Shown here: one piece after another, positions 1 through 9,860 of the stretch
How the letters are laid out: the number at the start of each line of letters is the position of its first letter
How positions within the stretch are numbered: the stretch's first letter is position 1
Source of the DNA: an uncultured virus (IMG/VR IMGVR_UViG_3300042287_000568)
Taxonomy: Duplodnaviria; Heunggongvirae; Uroviricota; Caudoviricetes
Strand: one strand, 5' to 3'
Length of the DNA stretch: 64,000 nucleotides
Virus record (IMG/VR): IMGVR_UViG_3300042287_000568
Position numbers and translations under genes: made by a program
Notes under the pieces: model-generated
What the model was told of the DNA's origin: nothing
The model's input: only the letters and a program-made list of their open reading frames with translations
Databases searched by the model: none

Positions 1-1
1 C

Positions 2-448
2 ATGAGGGCCATAAACCTTCTTCACCATGCCTTCCAACCTCCTGCTCCTACAGTAGGGCTAAAGGGGAAGAGACTAGACTCCTTTATGACGACCAAGTTT
101 ATCCCGGCACTAAGGTCTTGTTTTGAAACCCACGGGTATTCGGCTGGGAACAATAACAACAACACTATTGCTGAGCAGGATTCATCAATAATGGTTGTCA
201 TCAATTCCACGATTTATATCGTTGAGAACGACTACTCATGGACACCGGAAGCGTCTGGTCTGTATGCGACTGGCACTGGAGCGCCTTACGCACTAGGAGC
301 GCTACAAGTATTGGTCGCCGGCAAGAAGTTATCGCCGGCTCAAGCAAAGAGCGCATTACTCAAAGCACTGCAGGTTTCTGCCAAGTTTGACCCTTATACG
401 GGTAGCCCATTTAACACTTACGTACAGGAATCGGAGAAGACGAAGTGA
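2..448 (+). CDS. Proteasome-beta/HslV-like Ntn peptidase, probably 5'-truncated by the window edge
   Basis: YATGTGAPYALGAL and AKFDPYTG resemble the C-terminal half of HslV/proteasome-beta proteins; the N-terminal Thr is not in the window. Confidence 0.6.
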   Translation: MRAINLLHHAFQPPAPTVGLKGKRLDSFMTTKFIPALRSCFETHGYSAGNNNNNTIAEQDSSIMVVINSTIYIVENDYSWTPEASGLYATGTGAPYALGALQVLVAGKKLSPAQAKSALLKALQVSAKFDPYTGSPFNTYVQESEKTK

Positions 449-535
449 CGCCCATTAATACCTACCATGTTTCTGAATTCAGGGATATCCCTAAGGAGAG
501 AGAGAACAATCTATATAGGGAGAGAAGAAGATTTT

Positions 536-868
536 ATGCCCAATAAAGATAGCCCTAATATAATTGCCCAATCAGATAAATCTGTGGATATACAGGATTT
601 AGACCTGTTTGAGTATGCAGGTTGCAAAGGCAAAACTCATTTGATGTTCCCCAAAGAACATAAGGATATTACCTATATTGCAGAAGCAAGAGCCATATGC
701 AAATCGTGTCCGGTTCAAAGCAAGTGCTTAGAGTACGCACTAGAGTTTCCGGCTGCCGATATGCACGGAGTATGGGCAGGACTTACCAGTAGACAACTAG
801 CCGCTGAGCAAAGAAGAAGAGGGGTCAAACCTATTAGACCGACCCTTAGTCAAATGTGGGGAAACTAG
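536..868 (+). CDS. whiB: WhiB-family Fe-S transcription factor
   Basis: C...C-x2-C-x5-C plus GVWAG turn; ATG 536 preferred over 467. Confidence 0.9.
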   Translation: MPNKDSPNIIAQSDKSVDIQDLDLFEYAGCKGKTHLMFPKEHKDITYIAEARAICKSCPVQSKCLEYALEFPAADMHGVWAGLTSRQLAAEQRRRGVKPIRPTLSQMWGN

Positions 869-1206
869 CCCACCCTGAAAGAACAGGTGTTGCAGTACTC
901 GGCTTTATCAAAGGTAACTATCTGCATGTTGCATTCTTCTTTACCGCAAGGCATAAGGATTTTCTCACCCTCTAGATAGGAACGTAAGTAATCCGCAGGG
1001 GTTGGTTTCGGATTGGGGGCAGGAGCAGGGGGAATACTCTTTTCCGACTGGCAGAACTCCCAGATGGTGTAGTTCATGAATCCTGATAGAGACATACCGG
1101 CTTCTTCGGCGGCTTTTATCAGAAGGTTCTTTTGAGCACCAGTTACCTTTACGGTCACAACATGCTCACTCTTGGGATGTCTTGATTGCTTGGGTTTACG
1201 ACCCAT
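865..1206 (-). CDS. Ribbon-helix-helix-like DNA-binding protein with Cys-rich tail
   Basis: VTVKVT...AAEEAGMSLSGFM pattern; N-terminal GRKP. Confidence 0.5.
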   Translation of the reverse strand: MGRKPKQSRHPKSEHVVTVKVTGAQKNLLIKAAEEAGMSLSGFMNYTIWEFCQSEKSIPPAPAPNPKPTPADYLRSYLEGEKILMPCGKEECNMQIVTFDKAEYCNTCSFRVG

Positions 1207-1393
1207 CTCGTTCCACCAACATCGTTAGGTATTCGGTAAGCGTCATATCAAACGCCCGTGCCTTAGACATTAGCAGAAGTTTCAGTTCGGCTGGAATCCG
1301 TAGAGTCAGGGTAACGAAAGGAGTTTCAGGGTCTTTTGGGGGACGGCCTGGGTTGCGCTTCACTTCGTGAACATTCCGTGGAGAGAGGTCCAT
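1196..1393 (-). CDS. Arc/RHH-like DNA-binding protein
   Basis: PGRPP, LTLRIPAELK...MTLTEYL. Confidence 0.6.
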   Translation of the reverse strand: MDLSPRNVHEVKRNPGRPPKDPETPFVTLTLRIPAELKLLLMSKARAFDMTLTEYLTMLVERDGS

Positions 1394-1590
1394 TCACCAC
1401 ACCAGTATTCAGTAGCAACTGTCTCTGACTTCGGATATCGGTGACAGGTGCCGTAGTTCGTATGCTGAATGTCGGAAAAGTACCTACAGGTGGAACAGCC
1501 CTTAGATGGGAAGTCTGATGTGATGGATACGGTTATGGCTTCATATCCAGGACTTGAAGTTGTTTGACTAGGGAAATTGTCTGTATTCAC
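1360..1590 (-). CDS. Small Cys-rich hypothetical protein
   Basis: CxxC...C...WCGEW; coupled to neighbouring ORFs. Confidence 0.5.
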   Translation of the reverse strand: MNTDNFPSQTTSSPGYEAITVSITSDFPSKGCSTCRYFSDIQHTNYGTCHRYPKSETVATEYWCGEWTSLHGMFTK

Positions 1591-2066
1591 AACGAATGCG
1601 TCTCCTTTTCGGAAATTTTGAATTTTTGTTGTTGGTAATCGGCTACGACTTGTTCGTAGGTCTTGAGGAATTGAATCTGGTCAGTAGTGCTATGCAACTG
1701 ATGAGCGGTCTCGCCAAGCATGTCAACCACTTTGGCGATGCACGGGTGAAGCCCCATATTAATTGGCAAACCAGAATTGGCCAATTTTATTTGGCTAATT
1801 AAAGTGGCCCATGCAACTAGAGGTGTAGGCGCATCCCCCACTTTAGTTTGGGAATTAATGTACGCCCTTCGTAAGTCTCCAGGCTTAGGCATGAACGGAC
1901 TGACCGCAGCGTAGTCAAGGAGAGATATCTTGCAGCCGAGGAAGGGGAGGTCTTCCAGCATCTCGTACCAAGCGCGAAGGATTGTCTTGCGGTCTATATC
2001 CAAAAGAGTTTGGTTGTACAGTGCAAATACTTGAGTTACTAGTTCTTCTAGTTCTTGCTTAGTCAC
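1587..2066 (-). CDS. Replicative helicase loader/inhibitor-like protein (G39P/lambda P-like)
   Basis: MTKQE...AWYEMLEDLP...FMPKPGDLR pattern. Confidence 0.5.
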   Translation of the reverse strand: MTKQELEELVTQVFALYNQTLLDIDRKTILRAWYEMLEDLPFLGCKISLLDYAAVSPFMPKPGDLRRAYINSQTKVGDAPTPLVAWATLISQIKLANSGLPINMGLHPCIAKVVDMLGETAHQLHSTTDQIQFLKTYEQVVADYQQQKFKISEKETHSL

Positions 2067-2506
2067 CAGTCTTCCTTCTCTTCTGTTGATTTATCCAGAA
2101 TGTCGTGGAACTTCTCAATATGTTCTGCGTCTCTGAAAATCAACTCAATGGAATCATATCGCTTGTTCATCTTATTCCTCCCCATATGGAACTCAGAGAG
2201 AGCGCATCCATCTATGGCTTCCATACATCCCTCTAGGGTGTGGTCAAAGATTGCAGCGCCTAAGTATTGTCTACGTGTCTCATCTAAGACTGGCTTGCGT
2301 TTGGAGCCAGAGCGCATGACTGTTGTCCAGTACTCCCAAAGTTGTTCTATCTGACTGGAAGGAACAGACATTGCTTTTCTGGAACGAGAAAGTTTTTGCG
2401 CTGACACTGGTCTACCGCGCTTAGAAGACTCTGACATGGTAATACCATAATCCTTTCCACCACCGATAGTCAAATCGTTAAACAATGTTTGAATTGAATT
2501 TGACAT
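2063..2506 (-). CDS. Phage replication-initiator C-terminal-like protein (start may be about 2437)
   Basis: WEYW...SEFHMGRN...IELIFR; directly upstream of the loader-like gene. Confidence 0.4.
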   Translation of the reverse strand: MSNSIQTLFNDLTIGGGKDYGITMSESSKRGRPVSAQKLSRSRKAMSVPSSQIEQLWEYWTTVMRSGSKRKPVLDETRRQYLGAAIFDHTLEGCMEAIDGCALSEFHMGRNKMNKRYDSIELIFRDAEHIEKFHDILDKSTEEKEDW

Positions 2507-2848
2507 ATCTACTAACTAACCCCCATTTTGGAAGGGGTCCGGGGAAACCTTTACAAAATTAATTTTTTATTTTTCTGCAGCGCAAATAGAATTTCTTTTT
2601 TCAGAAATGTTTTTTTTACGATGAGGAGGGCGCGCCATCTGTTGTGAAGTACACCATAGCAGTAAGAGCGGAGAACCGCAACGCACCTATCAAAGTTTTT
2701 TTCAAAATGCGTGAAGCCGGCGAATATGGTAATGTTGAGATACCAAAGGAGAGTTTCCTCCTTTCGCTCCTTTGGTTCCCCCGGGGCTTCGTAGACGGCA
2801 CAGTTGCTAGCGCGCCTATGTCGCTCGGCTTCGGGGGATTGGGGAGGC

Positions 2849-3358
2849 TTACTGTGAGTTGCTTTCCGCCACCGTCAATGGAAGCAAGAACTCTCCGGAC
2901 TCCCACATGACACCAACGGTGCAGTATCCGATTACGTCTAGGTAATTGTCGGATACTGATTCGTTCATTGGGGGCTCACCTTTCGCGGTGAGGTTTTCTA
3001 ACCGTGCGATTTTGTCGTGCAGCCTGACCAGGATGCCATCACGTCCGAAGCGTGCGATGTTCTCTGGACCGTAGTCGTTTTGTTTACGTATCAGGGTCTC
3101 AACTAAATTTTCTTCGTTTATTTGAACTCCCGCCGCGCCGGCCGCACGTACTGCAGCGGCCCCGACATTAAAGAATGCTGCTTCGCCACTGAATTCTGGA
3201 CTAGTGCTCAGCATGGCCCAGACCTCGTCGTACATGCGGCGGATGTCCTGGAGGTTGATGCTGATGTCTACGTACTCCGCATTTAGGATTTGAAAAATGA
3301 TTTTTACAACGCGCGCGGCCGCAGCGTCCCAGGTATTAGATTCCATTGATTTCTCCAT
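2849..3358 (-). CDS. Nucleotide modification-associated domain protein (DUF1599/Nmad1-like)
   Basis: KQNDYG...GILVRLHDKIARLENL...ESVSDNYLDVIGY. Confidence 0.75.
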   Translation of the reverse strand: MEKSMESNTWDAAAARVVKIIFQILNAEYVDISINLQDIRRMYDEVWAMLSTSPEFSGEAAFFNVGAAAVRAAGAAGVQINEENLVETLIRKQNDYGPENIARFGRDGILVRLHDKIARLENLTAKGEPPMNESVSDNYLDVIGYCTVGVMWESGEFLLPLTVAESNSQ

Positions 3359-3749
3359 TTTTGATTTTGACGAGCGCTTCTTCTAGAAGACCGTTGAGAA
3401 TAAGTTCCCAGCCTTTTTCGTGTTTTGATTTATCAAAGTTATTAACAAGTGTTTCCATTAATATTTTTACAATTGAGCGCGGCCAGGCAGCGATAACAAC
3501 TCCATCATCAAACGTTTGGAATACTATCGGGTAATCGTCATTTTCAAACGCGCCATCTGGATAATGCATCCCGCGGACAATCATCCCTTCACCGGCCGCG
3601 ACAAATAGAAAGTTTTCGTGATTTTCTTTTTCCGACTCTTCAATATACTTTTCAAGTTCCGGAAATTTTGATGTCACTGAACGTACATCCTTGATGAACT
3701 TTTTCCATTTTTCGTTTTTCTTACTCACGTAGACCGGCCTTTCCGCCAC
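3336..3749 (-). CDS. Hypothetical protein
   Basis: 137-aa ORF overlapping the next gene of the operon. Confidence 0.6.
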   Translation of the reverse strand: MAERPVYVSKKNEKWKKFIKDVRSVTSKFPELEKYIEESEKENHENFLFVAAGEGMIVRGMHYPDGAFENDDYPIVFQTFDDGVVIAAWPRSIVKILMETLVNNFDKSKHEKGWELILNGLLEEALVKIKNGEINGI

Positions 3750-3833
3750 CGTAACAACTTGTAAAGAGTTGTCTTCATTAATTTATCAGAACCATTCGCG
3801 CATTGCAATTCTAAATGTTCTATATTTCTATAC

Positions 3834-4205
3834 ATGGACAACAACACTAGATTTAATCTTTATGTCAGAGCCCTTCGCCAATTCATTGAACGTGCCGGAC
3901 ACTCTCGGGTCCCGGCTGTTTACATTGAGATTGTTGATGGGGCAGAAGTAAACATCGGGGCTTGGGTGGGCTACATCCGGCAGCGCCGCAAAAAGAACCA
4001 GATGGCGGCAGACAAGATTGAAATTCTTGAAAATCTTGCCGGTTGGTCGTGGGGCCCCCTGAAGCCAGGGCCGGCGACGAATCATAATAGAAATTCGGAA
4101 ATTCTGCAGATGCGCAGCCAGGGAATGACCCTCCGCCAAATTGCAGACTCTTACGACCTGAGCCGTCAACGCGTTCATCAGATTGTGAAGAAGATTGATG
4201 CCTGA
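3834..4205 (+). CDS. Helicase-associated (HA) domain plus sigma-region-4-like HTH protein
   Basis: GHSRVP...IGAWV..IRQ (HA) and MTLRQIADSYDLSRQRVHQI (HTH). Confidence 0.75.
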   Translation: MDNNTRFNLYVRALRQFIERAGHSRVPAVYIEIVDGAEVNIGAWVGYIRQRRKKNQMAADKIEILENLAGWSWGPLKPGPATNHNRNSEILQMRSQGMTLRQIADSYDLSRQRVHQIVKKIDA

Positions 4206-4449
4206 CCAGTGGCCGGAGCCCGACTTCGTTAGCCCCGAAGAAGAGCGCCAGTATGCTTTAGATATTGTGAAGCAAGGAATTCGTTTCATAATTTTTAGTG
4301 TCCTAGCGACGACTGTCTTCCTGTGGGTTGTAACAAACATACTTGCTAACGCTAACGTTATTAGTTCAAGCATCTCTTGGGTGAATTGCGGAATACTTTC
4401 TTTGTTTTACGTAATACTCCGCGTTTGGAATTCAACTTTTTTTAAATAA
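4195..4449 (+). CDS. Small two-TM membrane protein
   Basis: Two hydrophobic segments. Confidence 0.55.
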   Translation: MMPDQWPEPDFVSPEEERQYALDIVKQGIRFIIFSVLATTVFLWVVTNILANANVISSSISWVNCGILSLFYVILRVWNSTFFK

Positions 4450-4648
4450 CGCGGTTACGTACGGGCCAATCACTGATTGGTTCACAGGCCCCAGTTGCGT
4501 ATTGGGTTATTGCTTCTTCAGTCCCACAACCAGAACAGATTTCTGTTTTATCGTCGGCTCTGGAGATTGCTCCAGGGTATTCGCCTGGTTGCAGGTTAGT
4601 AGGGATAAAACTGTCGTTGCAACGTGGGCAGATTCTGGGAACTTTCAT
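4442..4648 (-). CDS. Small zinc-ribbon protein
   Basis: CPRC...AISRADDKTEICSGCG. Confidence 0.6.
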   Translation of the reverse strand: MKVPRICPRCNDSFIPTNLQPGEYPGAISRADDKTEICSGCGTEEAITQYATGACEPISDWPVRNRVI

Positions 4649-4867
4649 TTTTTTCTCTTTTTCTTACGGCCGCAGCCGGCAAGTAGTATTGTACAGATTT
4701 AACGGAGGCTTTCCACCACCGTCAGTGCTAAAGACTAATAATATTCCGGTCAATGGCGCACTCTATGCAGCATGCAACTCGGCAACCGTGTTTGATTTCC
4801 CAGACTGGCTCGTCATCAACGAACTCGTCGCAGTAATGGCAGTAGCCCCGACGCGAGCCCCAGAACT

Positions 4868-5137
4868 CTACCATTGTCTTTCCCCGTGTTTGAGGAATGA
4901 GTAGCAGTCTTCGTGGTAGTTGCCGTAGTAAGACACTCCGTCTTTCTCGTAATCAACTCGGACTTCAGTGTCAAGGTAGATAGTTTGTTCGCACTCGTCA
5001 CATTCAAAGCCTGCACACTCAGCGCAAGCCCACCCGTCATCGGTTGGTAGACGGTTCACAAAGAGACCAAAGCCTGAGTTGAACGCTGTTGAGCGTCCAC
5101 AGTGCACACATTCGTCAGTTTCAATCTTGTGTTGCAT
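4868..5137 (-). CDS. Cys-rich zinc-finger hypothetical protein
   Basis: Several CxxC pairs; AAGGAG RBS before ATG 5137. Confidence 0.6.
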   Translation of the reverse strand: MQHKIETDECVHCGRSTAFNSGFGLFVNRLPTDDGWACAECAGFECDECEQTIYLDTEVRVDYEKDGVSYYGNYHEDCYSFLKHGERQW

Positions 5138-5327
5138 TGTTTTCTCCTTGTAGGTAGACCATGTATCCGTTGTCGTCTTGGGCGATGCCAGTAACCCACA
5201 GGTCGTCTGCACCATCTTGGTCGTCTCCGACAGCGCTACGCACCTTGTGGAGAGCCATAGAAAAAGCCTCTTTTTCGTCGTTCGTCTCCACATCAGTGGT
5301 GACCATCACGGTTACTCGGTAAGTCAT
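5121..5327 (-). CDS. Hypothetical protein
   Basis: Translationally coupled 68-aa ORF. Confidence 0.55.
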   Translation of the reverse strand: MTYRVTVMVTTDVETNDEKEAFSMALHKVRSAVGDDQDGADDLWVTGIAQDDNGYMVYLQGENNATQD

Positions 5328-5941
5328 ACTGATATCCCCTTTCGGAACTGGGCGTACTCAGAAAAGATAGCGTCAGTTTTTTCTTCTTTCCATGCTTCGT
5401 ACTTCTGCATTGAAACTTCATCGTCCCAATCAACTTCGCCTTCGTATGAGCAAGGCTCGTACATGGACTCAAATACGGTTGCTCCGTCTTGCATCACCTG
5501 AGTGCCTGCAAAGAAACCAGCCTCTTCGTCATAATCAAATATGAAGAACAGTGTAGGGAACATTGCAGAGACCTTGAGGAACCCAGCATCTGCTGGTCCC
5601 CATGCAGTCTGATAGTGAACTAGAACTTCCCATGAGCCGTCACTGAACTCCATGGGGTTACCGATGTCGGTATCGCAGTCGCCCCACTTGGTTCCCCAAA
5701 TGTCGTACTGCCAGTTGTACCAGTCTTGGTGACCGTACTTAGCAATGTTCAATTCTTGTTGCTTGCGCAGTTCTGCCATTTTCTCTTCGTCCTGAAAGGA
5801 ACCCGAGACAGTGTCTCGCAGTTCTGCAGGGCAGGGAATGTATGACTCAAGGATACTGTTGTCCTTGATTCCGTCTGCGAATCTTTTTATTTCTTCTTCT
5901 GAGCCTTTGACGGTCAGTGTGGTTGATACCCAGTTAGGCAT
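5324..5941 (-). CDS. DUF1281/YubB-like ferredoxin-fold protein
   Basis: MPNW start, WYNW...WGTKW, QTAWGP. Confidence 0.75.
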   Translation of the reverse strand: MPNWVSTTLTVKGSEEEIKRFADGIKDNSILESYIPCPAELRDTVSGSFQDEEKMAELRKQQELNIAKYGHQDWYNWQYDIWGTKWGDCDTDIGNPMEFSDGSWEVLVHYQTAWGPADAGFLKVSAMFPTLFFIFDYDEEAGFFAGTQVMQDGATVFESMYEPCSYEGEVDWDDEVSMQKYEAWKEEKTDAIFSEYAQFRKGISV

Positions 5942-6035
5942 AATAACTCCTTAGTAGAACTTCATTTTACGGGTAGTAAGGGCTAGCCACAACCCCACAA
6001 CCAACAAAGGAGCAAGTGGTTGTGGGGCGTAGCGG

Positions 6036-7490
6036 TCAGTAAGGAAGTTTCCCACCTCGTGCTTCCCACGCATGCTTCAACATGTATGGGAAAGGTGCCT
6101 TCGGTACCGTCATTCCTTTTGAGAGCGCTCCGAGAAGAGCGATGGTGGCTTCGGCGTTTTCGGTCAGGTGAATCTTCTTCTCCAAACAGAACGCAGTGCA
6201 TTGGTTCGCAAGTAGTTCAGAGAATCCTTGGTGAGGACCACAGACTCCACCGTCAGTCATCCAAATGACTGGAGCAGTTGAGTGCTGGCGACGCTTCACT
6301 GCCCATTCAAGCGCAGGGAAGTCAACGCCGTTGCCTTGACCCATCTCGGGCATTTCGTCAACCATACGACCCTTGTCAGCAAGAATCCAAGCGTTCGGAT
6401 GACCATCACGAATATCGGAGTACGCAATGACGGTAGCCCCCGGACTTGCTTCAAGAATTCTGCGAACATCATCTTGAGATAGAGACATTGAACCCGATGC
6501 ATCAACGCACACGACTCCACCCATTCCTCGTCTCTTGTTGTCAAAGATTCGCTTCTGTGGGTCAGTCATGTATCGGTGGATACGGCGTGGTGAGCGACCA
6601 ACATTGGATGCTGTTTTCTTCTTTCCCAAATTACCTTTAGCAATAATAGGAAGTGGCAACTTCTCAATCATTAGTTCTCCCCAATAAGGAACACTGTTGT
6701 CCATTCTGTCGGGAGTAATTGTTTTTAGTTTTTCACGAAACTCAGTTTCTTTTACTTTTACACTTCCGATGTTTGAGTGTTCACGCTTGCTTTCTTTGTC
6801 ATCACCTTCGGTACTCATTGAAGAGTCGTCACTTGATTCTGATTCATCTTCCGACGGTGGTTCCATACCAGCGAGACGGTCAACCCATTCAGCAAGTTTC
6901 TCTGTGTAGATGAATCCAAATGGAGCGAGACCAGTAGAGGCATGCACTTCGGTGCTTGATAAGCGGTGACCAGCCTTGTTCATTTCTTTCACTGCTCGCT
7001 TAGAGATATCAGCAAGCGCAGTACCCCATAAGCGGTTATGTCGGCGTATGCCGTTCAGGAACAACTTGTTACTTGCGGTACCAGCAGTGGCGACAGCCAT
7101 GTGTACTGCACCCTTCCAGTCTTCGGTGCAAGCAAGGCGTTCTCCGTCTGCGGTCTCTCCACCGTCAGACAGTTGGTTCTTCACATCAAAGCCAGCCCTA
7201 TCGCACAGTAAGTTCACACGCAATTCTTCACACGCCATCATTGCTGGAAGAGTGGCAATCTTTCTGTTCTGCCACTTCTCCCAATCATTAGCAGGAGAAA
7301 CTTTTGCATGCATCATTTCGTGCGCTCGGATTACTCTTGCTTGTTCAGTGTCGTGTGCAGGTGCAAGCATCTTGCGTTCCACGATAGAAGTAGCAGGGAT
7401 GCCACGGCGAGGTTCGCAATCTTCAACTTGCCAAGCGCCATGCTCGGCGTCGTTACGCCCAAGCCATTCGGGTTCGGCAATGTGTCTCAT
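6036..7490 (-). CDS. HEXXH metallopeptidase-like plus VWA domain protein (MoxR partner)
   Basis: AHEMMH, acidic linker, VCVDASGSM MIDAS motif, WMTDG. Confidence 0.75.
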   Translation of the reverse strand: MRHIAEPEWLGRNDAEHGAWQVEDCEPRRGIPATSIVERKMLAPAHDTEQARVIRAHEMMHAKVSPANDWEKWQNRKIATLPAMMACEELRVNLLCDRAGFDVKNQLSDGGETADGERLACTEDWKGAVHMAVATAGTASNKLFLNGIRRHNRLWGTALADISKRAVKEMNKAGHRLSSTEVHASTGLAPFGFIYTEKLAEWVDRLAGMEPPSEDESESSDDSSMSTEGDDKESKREHSNIGSVKVKETEFREKLKTITPDRMDNSVPYWGELMIEKLPLPIIAKGNLGKKKTASNVGRSPRRIHRYMTDPQKRIFDNKRRGMGGVVCVDASGSMSLSQDDVRRILEASPGATVIAYSDIRDGHPNAWILADKGRMVDEMPEMGQGNGVDFPALEWAVKRRQHSTAPVIWMTDGGVCGPHQGFSELLANQCTAFCLEKKIHLTENAEATIALLGALSKGMTVPKAPFPYMLKHAWEARGGKLPY

Positions 7491-8209
7491 TAGTGAACCT
7501 TGTCAATCGCAATGGCGTCCAGTACAGAAGTTGCTCGGTCACCAAAGATAATCTTTGCAGACTTCTCGTCACCTAGTTGCTTACGCAGTTTGTCAAATGC
7601 GTAGAAAGTACGCAATGAGATTCGGCGCTTGCCAGCATCAGCCATACGGACTGCGTACTCACGCAACTCGTACGACAACTTCTCAAGCGCACTCGGGTGA
7701 GGGGCGTTGATTCGGATACGAACAGGGAATCGGTCAGCGAGCGCCATTGGCAACTCTTCCATATTCTCAATGTTCGTGGTCATGACTGCAGAGAACCCGT
7801 CTTTCGGACGATGGATACGACCAGTCTCGGGATGCTCCCAAGTTGCTGATTCAGGTGAGTCAAGCATCGCAAGCAGAAGTGCGAACACATCTCCCGACGC
7901 CTTGTCAATCTCATCCACGATGAGACGACCACCATTGAGTCCGTTGCCTTCCCAAGCCTTGAGACCAGCACCAGCGACCCATGAGAATCTGCCGTTACCG
8001 TCAGGCATGAATGCTCCAGTCACATCCATTGAAGTCATGTCTTCTGTGCAGACCAAACGGTGTGCGCCAGCGCCGACATTTCCAAATGTGAGACCAGCAA
8101 AGGTCTTGCCAGTTCCAGCAGGTCCAAACAGGATGACTCGGTCAATCCCTGAGTCCATGCAGTCTTTGAGTGTTTGCCAGCACTCGGGTAGTGTTATTTC
8201 TTTTTCCAT
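7490..8209 (-). CDS. MoxR/CbbQ-like AAA+ ATPase
   Basis: GPAGTGKT, LIVDEIDKA, ALADRF; AAGGAG RBS before ATG 8209. Confidence 0.85.
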   Translation of the reverse strand: MEKEITLPECWQTLKDCMDSGIDRVILFGPAGTGKTFAGLTFGNVGAGAHRLVCTEDMTSMDVTGAFMPDGNGRFSWVAGAGLKAWEGNGLNGGRLIVDEIDKASGDVFALLLAMLDSPESATWEHPETGRIHRPKDGFSAVMTTNIENMEELPMALADRFPVRIRINAPHPSALEKLSYELREYAVRMADAGKRRISLRTFYAFDKLRKQLGDEKSAKIIFGDRATSVLDAIAIDKVH

Positions 8210-8277
8210 TTTATTGCTCCTTTGCAATTGGTTATGACTCCATGTTACGGGTAGTAAGCCCTAATCACAACATCTCT

Positions 8278-8763
8278 TTACAGATTCTTTTCGGCTTTCT
8301 TATCAGCCTCAGCGTCACGCACTTCCCATAGACCCTTCTTGACTTTGCGGAAAGTCGGAGACTCCTGCAAGAACTTCAAGGTGGTGGGATAAGAGAAGCC
8401 TGATACTTCAACCAACTGCTCGGTAGTGAACTGTTCAAATAGGTGGTCTTTTGACCAAGTCAGTAGGGCATCGTACTTGTCGGCTCGGCGGGGCCTCGGG
8501 GTAAGTAGTTCCTCGGGGTCAACGACTTCGTCACAGTATTCAGCGACCACATCAGCGATTACCTCTGTCGGTACGGAGTAAGTAGATAGGTAGCGAGCAG
8601 GATTGCCCGACCCGTTCCAACCCATCAGCGCATAGAGCGCACGAGTATGAGTGGATATCTTGTGTATCTCCTCAAAGGGCACCTTGAACTTGTCGCCATG
8701 TCTTTCTATGGCGTCGTCCCATAGGGAACGATGGACGTCGTTTATCTGTTCTATGGTAATCAT
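8278..8763 (-). CDS. Hypothetical protein, possible C-terminal winged helix
   Basis: GAGGAG RBS; FTTEQLVEVSGFSYPT...KKGLWEV. Confidence 0.6.
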   Translation of the reverse strand: MITIEQINDVHRSLWDDAIERHGDKFKVPFEEIHKISTHTRALYALMGWNGSGNPARYLSTYSVPTEVIADVVAEYCDEVVDPEELLTPRPRRADKYDALLTWSKDHLFEQFTTEQLVEVSGFSYPTTLKFLQESPTFRKVKKGLWEVRDAEADKKAEKNL

Positions 8764-8930
8764 CTAAATAACTCCTCTTTGCATCCTATGCACACCCAAT
8801 GCCCTGGCTCAAAGTCGTAGGGCTTGATGAATGTGAACTCCTGACCATCATCATGAGGTACGCCACATTCGTCGCACTCAAGTTCTAAGTCAGATTCAGT
8901 AATTGTTTCTAGGTCTTTGTATTCCTTCAT
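8760..8930 (-). CDS. 56-aa zinc-ribbon protein (not in ORF track)
   Basis: MKEYKDLE...CDECG...CIGC; leaderless start after a motif promoter. Confidence 0.65.
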   Translation of the reverse strand: MKEYKDLETITESDLELECDECGVPHDDGQEFTFIKPYDFEPGHWVCIGCKEELFR

Positions 8931-9059
8931 GCCTCCATCTTATGGATAGTAAGGGGTACTTCCAACATTCTTAGAAAAATTTATAAGAAATTTGCGTCGT
9001 GACTGGGTGCCCCGGTGTTGTATTATTGTTTCACGAGATTTATTCAGAAGGAAAATATC

Positions 9060-9296
9060 ATGAGAAAACTTACTCCAGAAGAAGCATTGGCAAAAGTAGA
9101 AGCATTTGAGAAAGCATCCGGGGCTACCGTTGCAGCGCCAGTAAGGGCAGCAGATGTTGAGCCGAAGGGTATTGGTTCAGACTCCTTCGTAATGCCAGCC
9201 GCTAAAGTAGTTGAAGTTGCTGAGGTAGTTGAAGTCGCCGAAGTTGTTCTGGCCCCAGAGGCCGCTGTAAAAAGTAAGAAAAAAGAAGAAAATTAA
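9060..9296 (+). CDS. Low-complexity Val/Glu/Ala-rich protein
   Basis: GAAGGA RBS; VVEVAE repeats. Confidence 0.55.
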   Translation: MRKLTPEEALAKVEAFEKASGATVAAPVRAADVEPKGIGSDSFVMPAAKVVEVAEVVEVAEVVLAPEAAVKSKKKEEN

Positions 9297-9380
9297 AAAA
9301 GGCTAGGGGTAAGTCATTTACCCAAAAGTTTGATTTCTGAATAAACGCGCAGCGTGGTTCTTCCGCCACCGTCAGTGCTA

Positions 9381-9656
9381 CTAAAAGGGGTTGATGAAAT
9401 CCACTACTATTGCTGTTTCTGTTTGGGAACCCTCTGCTTGATTGTCTTCAATCCAAGTCTCGTGGTCCCGAGTAATCTCTTGCCAGCCTTTATTCCAGTG
9501 TCCGCCTTCGTTTAAAAAGTCGTAAAAATCTTCTGGTTTGAATTCTTTCCAGGTATCTGGAAGGTCTTCGTCTTTTATAAGGAAGTAGTCATACTTGTCG
9601 TATGCTGGTCCACCATTTGGGTAGACCACTTCAGTTCTGATGCGAATCTGATGCAT
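9381..9656 (-). CDS. Hypothetical protein
   Basis: ATG overlaps the stop of the upstream ORF. Confidence 0.55.
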   Translation of the reverse strand: MHQIRIRTEVVYPNGGPAYDKYDYFLIKDEDLPDTWKEFKPEDFYDFLNEGGHWNKGWQEITRDHETWIEDNQAEGSQTETAIVVDFINPF

Positions 9657-9835
9657 TAGATGACTTCCGTGACGTCCCATGGTCGGTCCCAGCCACTGTC
9701 ACCGTCTAGGTCTCGTGTCTTGAGTTGTGTATCAGTGAGACGGTCATAGGCTTCTAGTGCACCATCTTCGTCCTCCGCTTCAACCTCGTATTGGTGATTG
9801 ATGCTTTCGGTTACCTGAATAATGTATTTCTTCAT
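9656..9835 (-). CDS. 59-aa hypothetical protein (not in ORF track)
   Basis: MKKYIIQVTESINHQYEVEAEDEDGA...; leaderless start after a motif promoter. Confidence 0.65.
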   Translation of the reverse strand: MKKYIIQVTESINHQYEVEAEDEDGALEAYDRLTDTQLKTRDLDGDSGWDRPWDVTEVI

Positions 9836-9860
9836 GGCTTCACTCTATAGGTAGTAAGGG

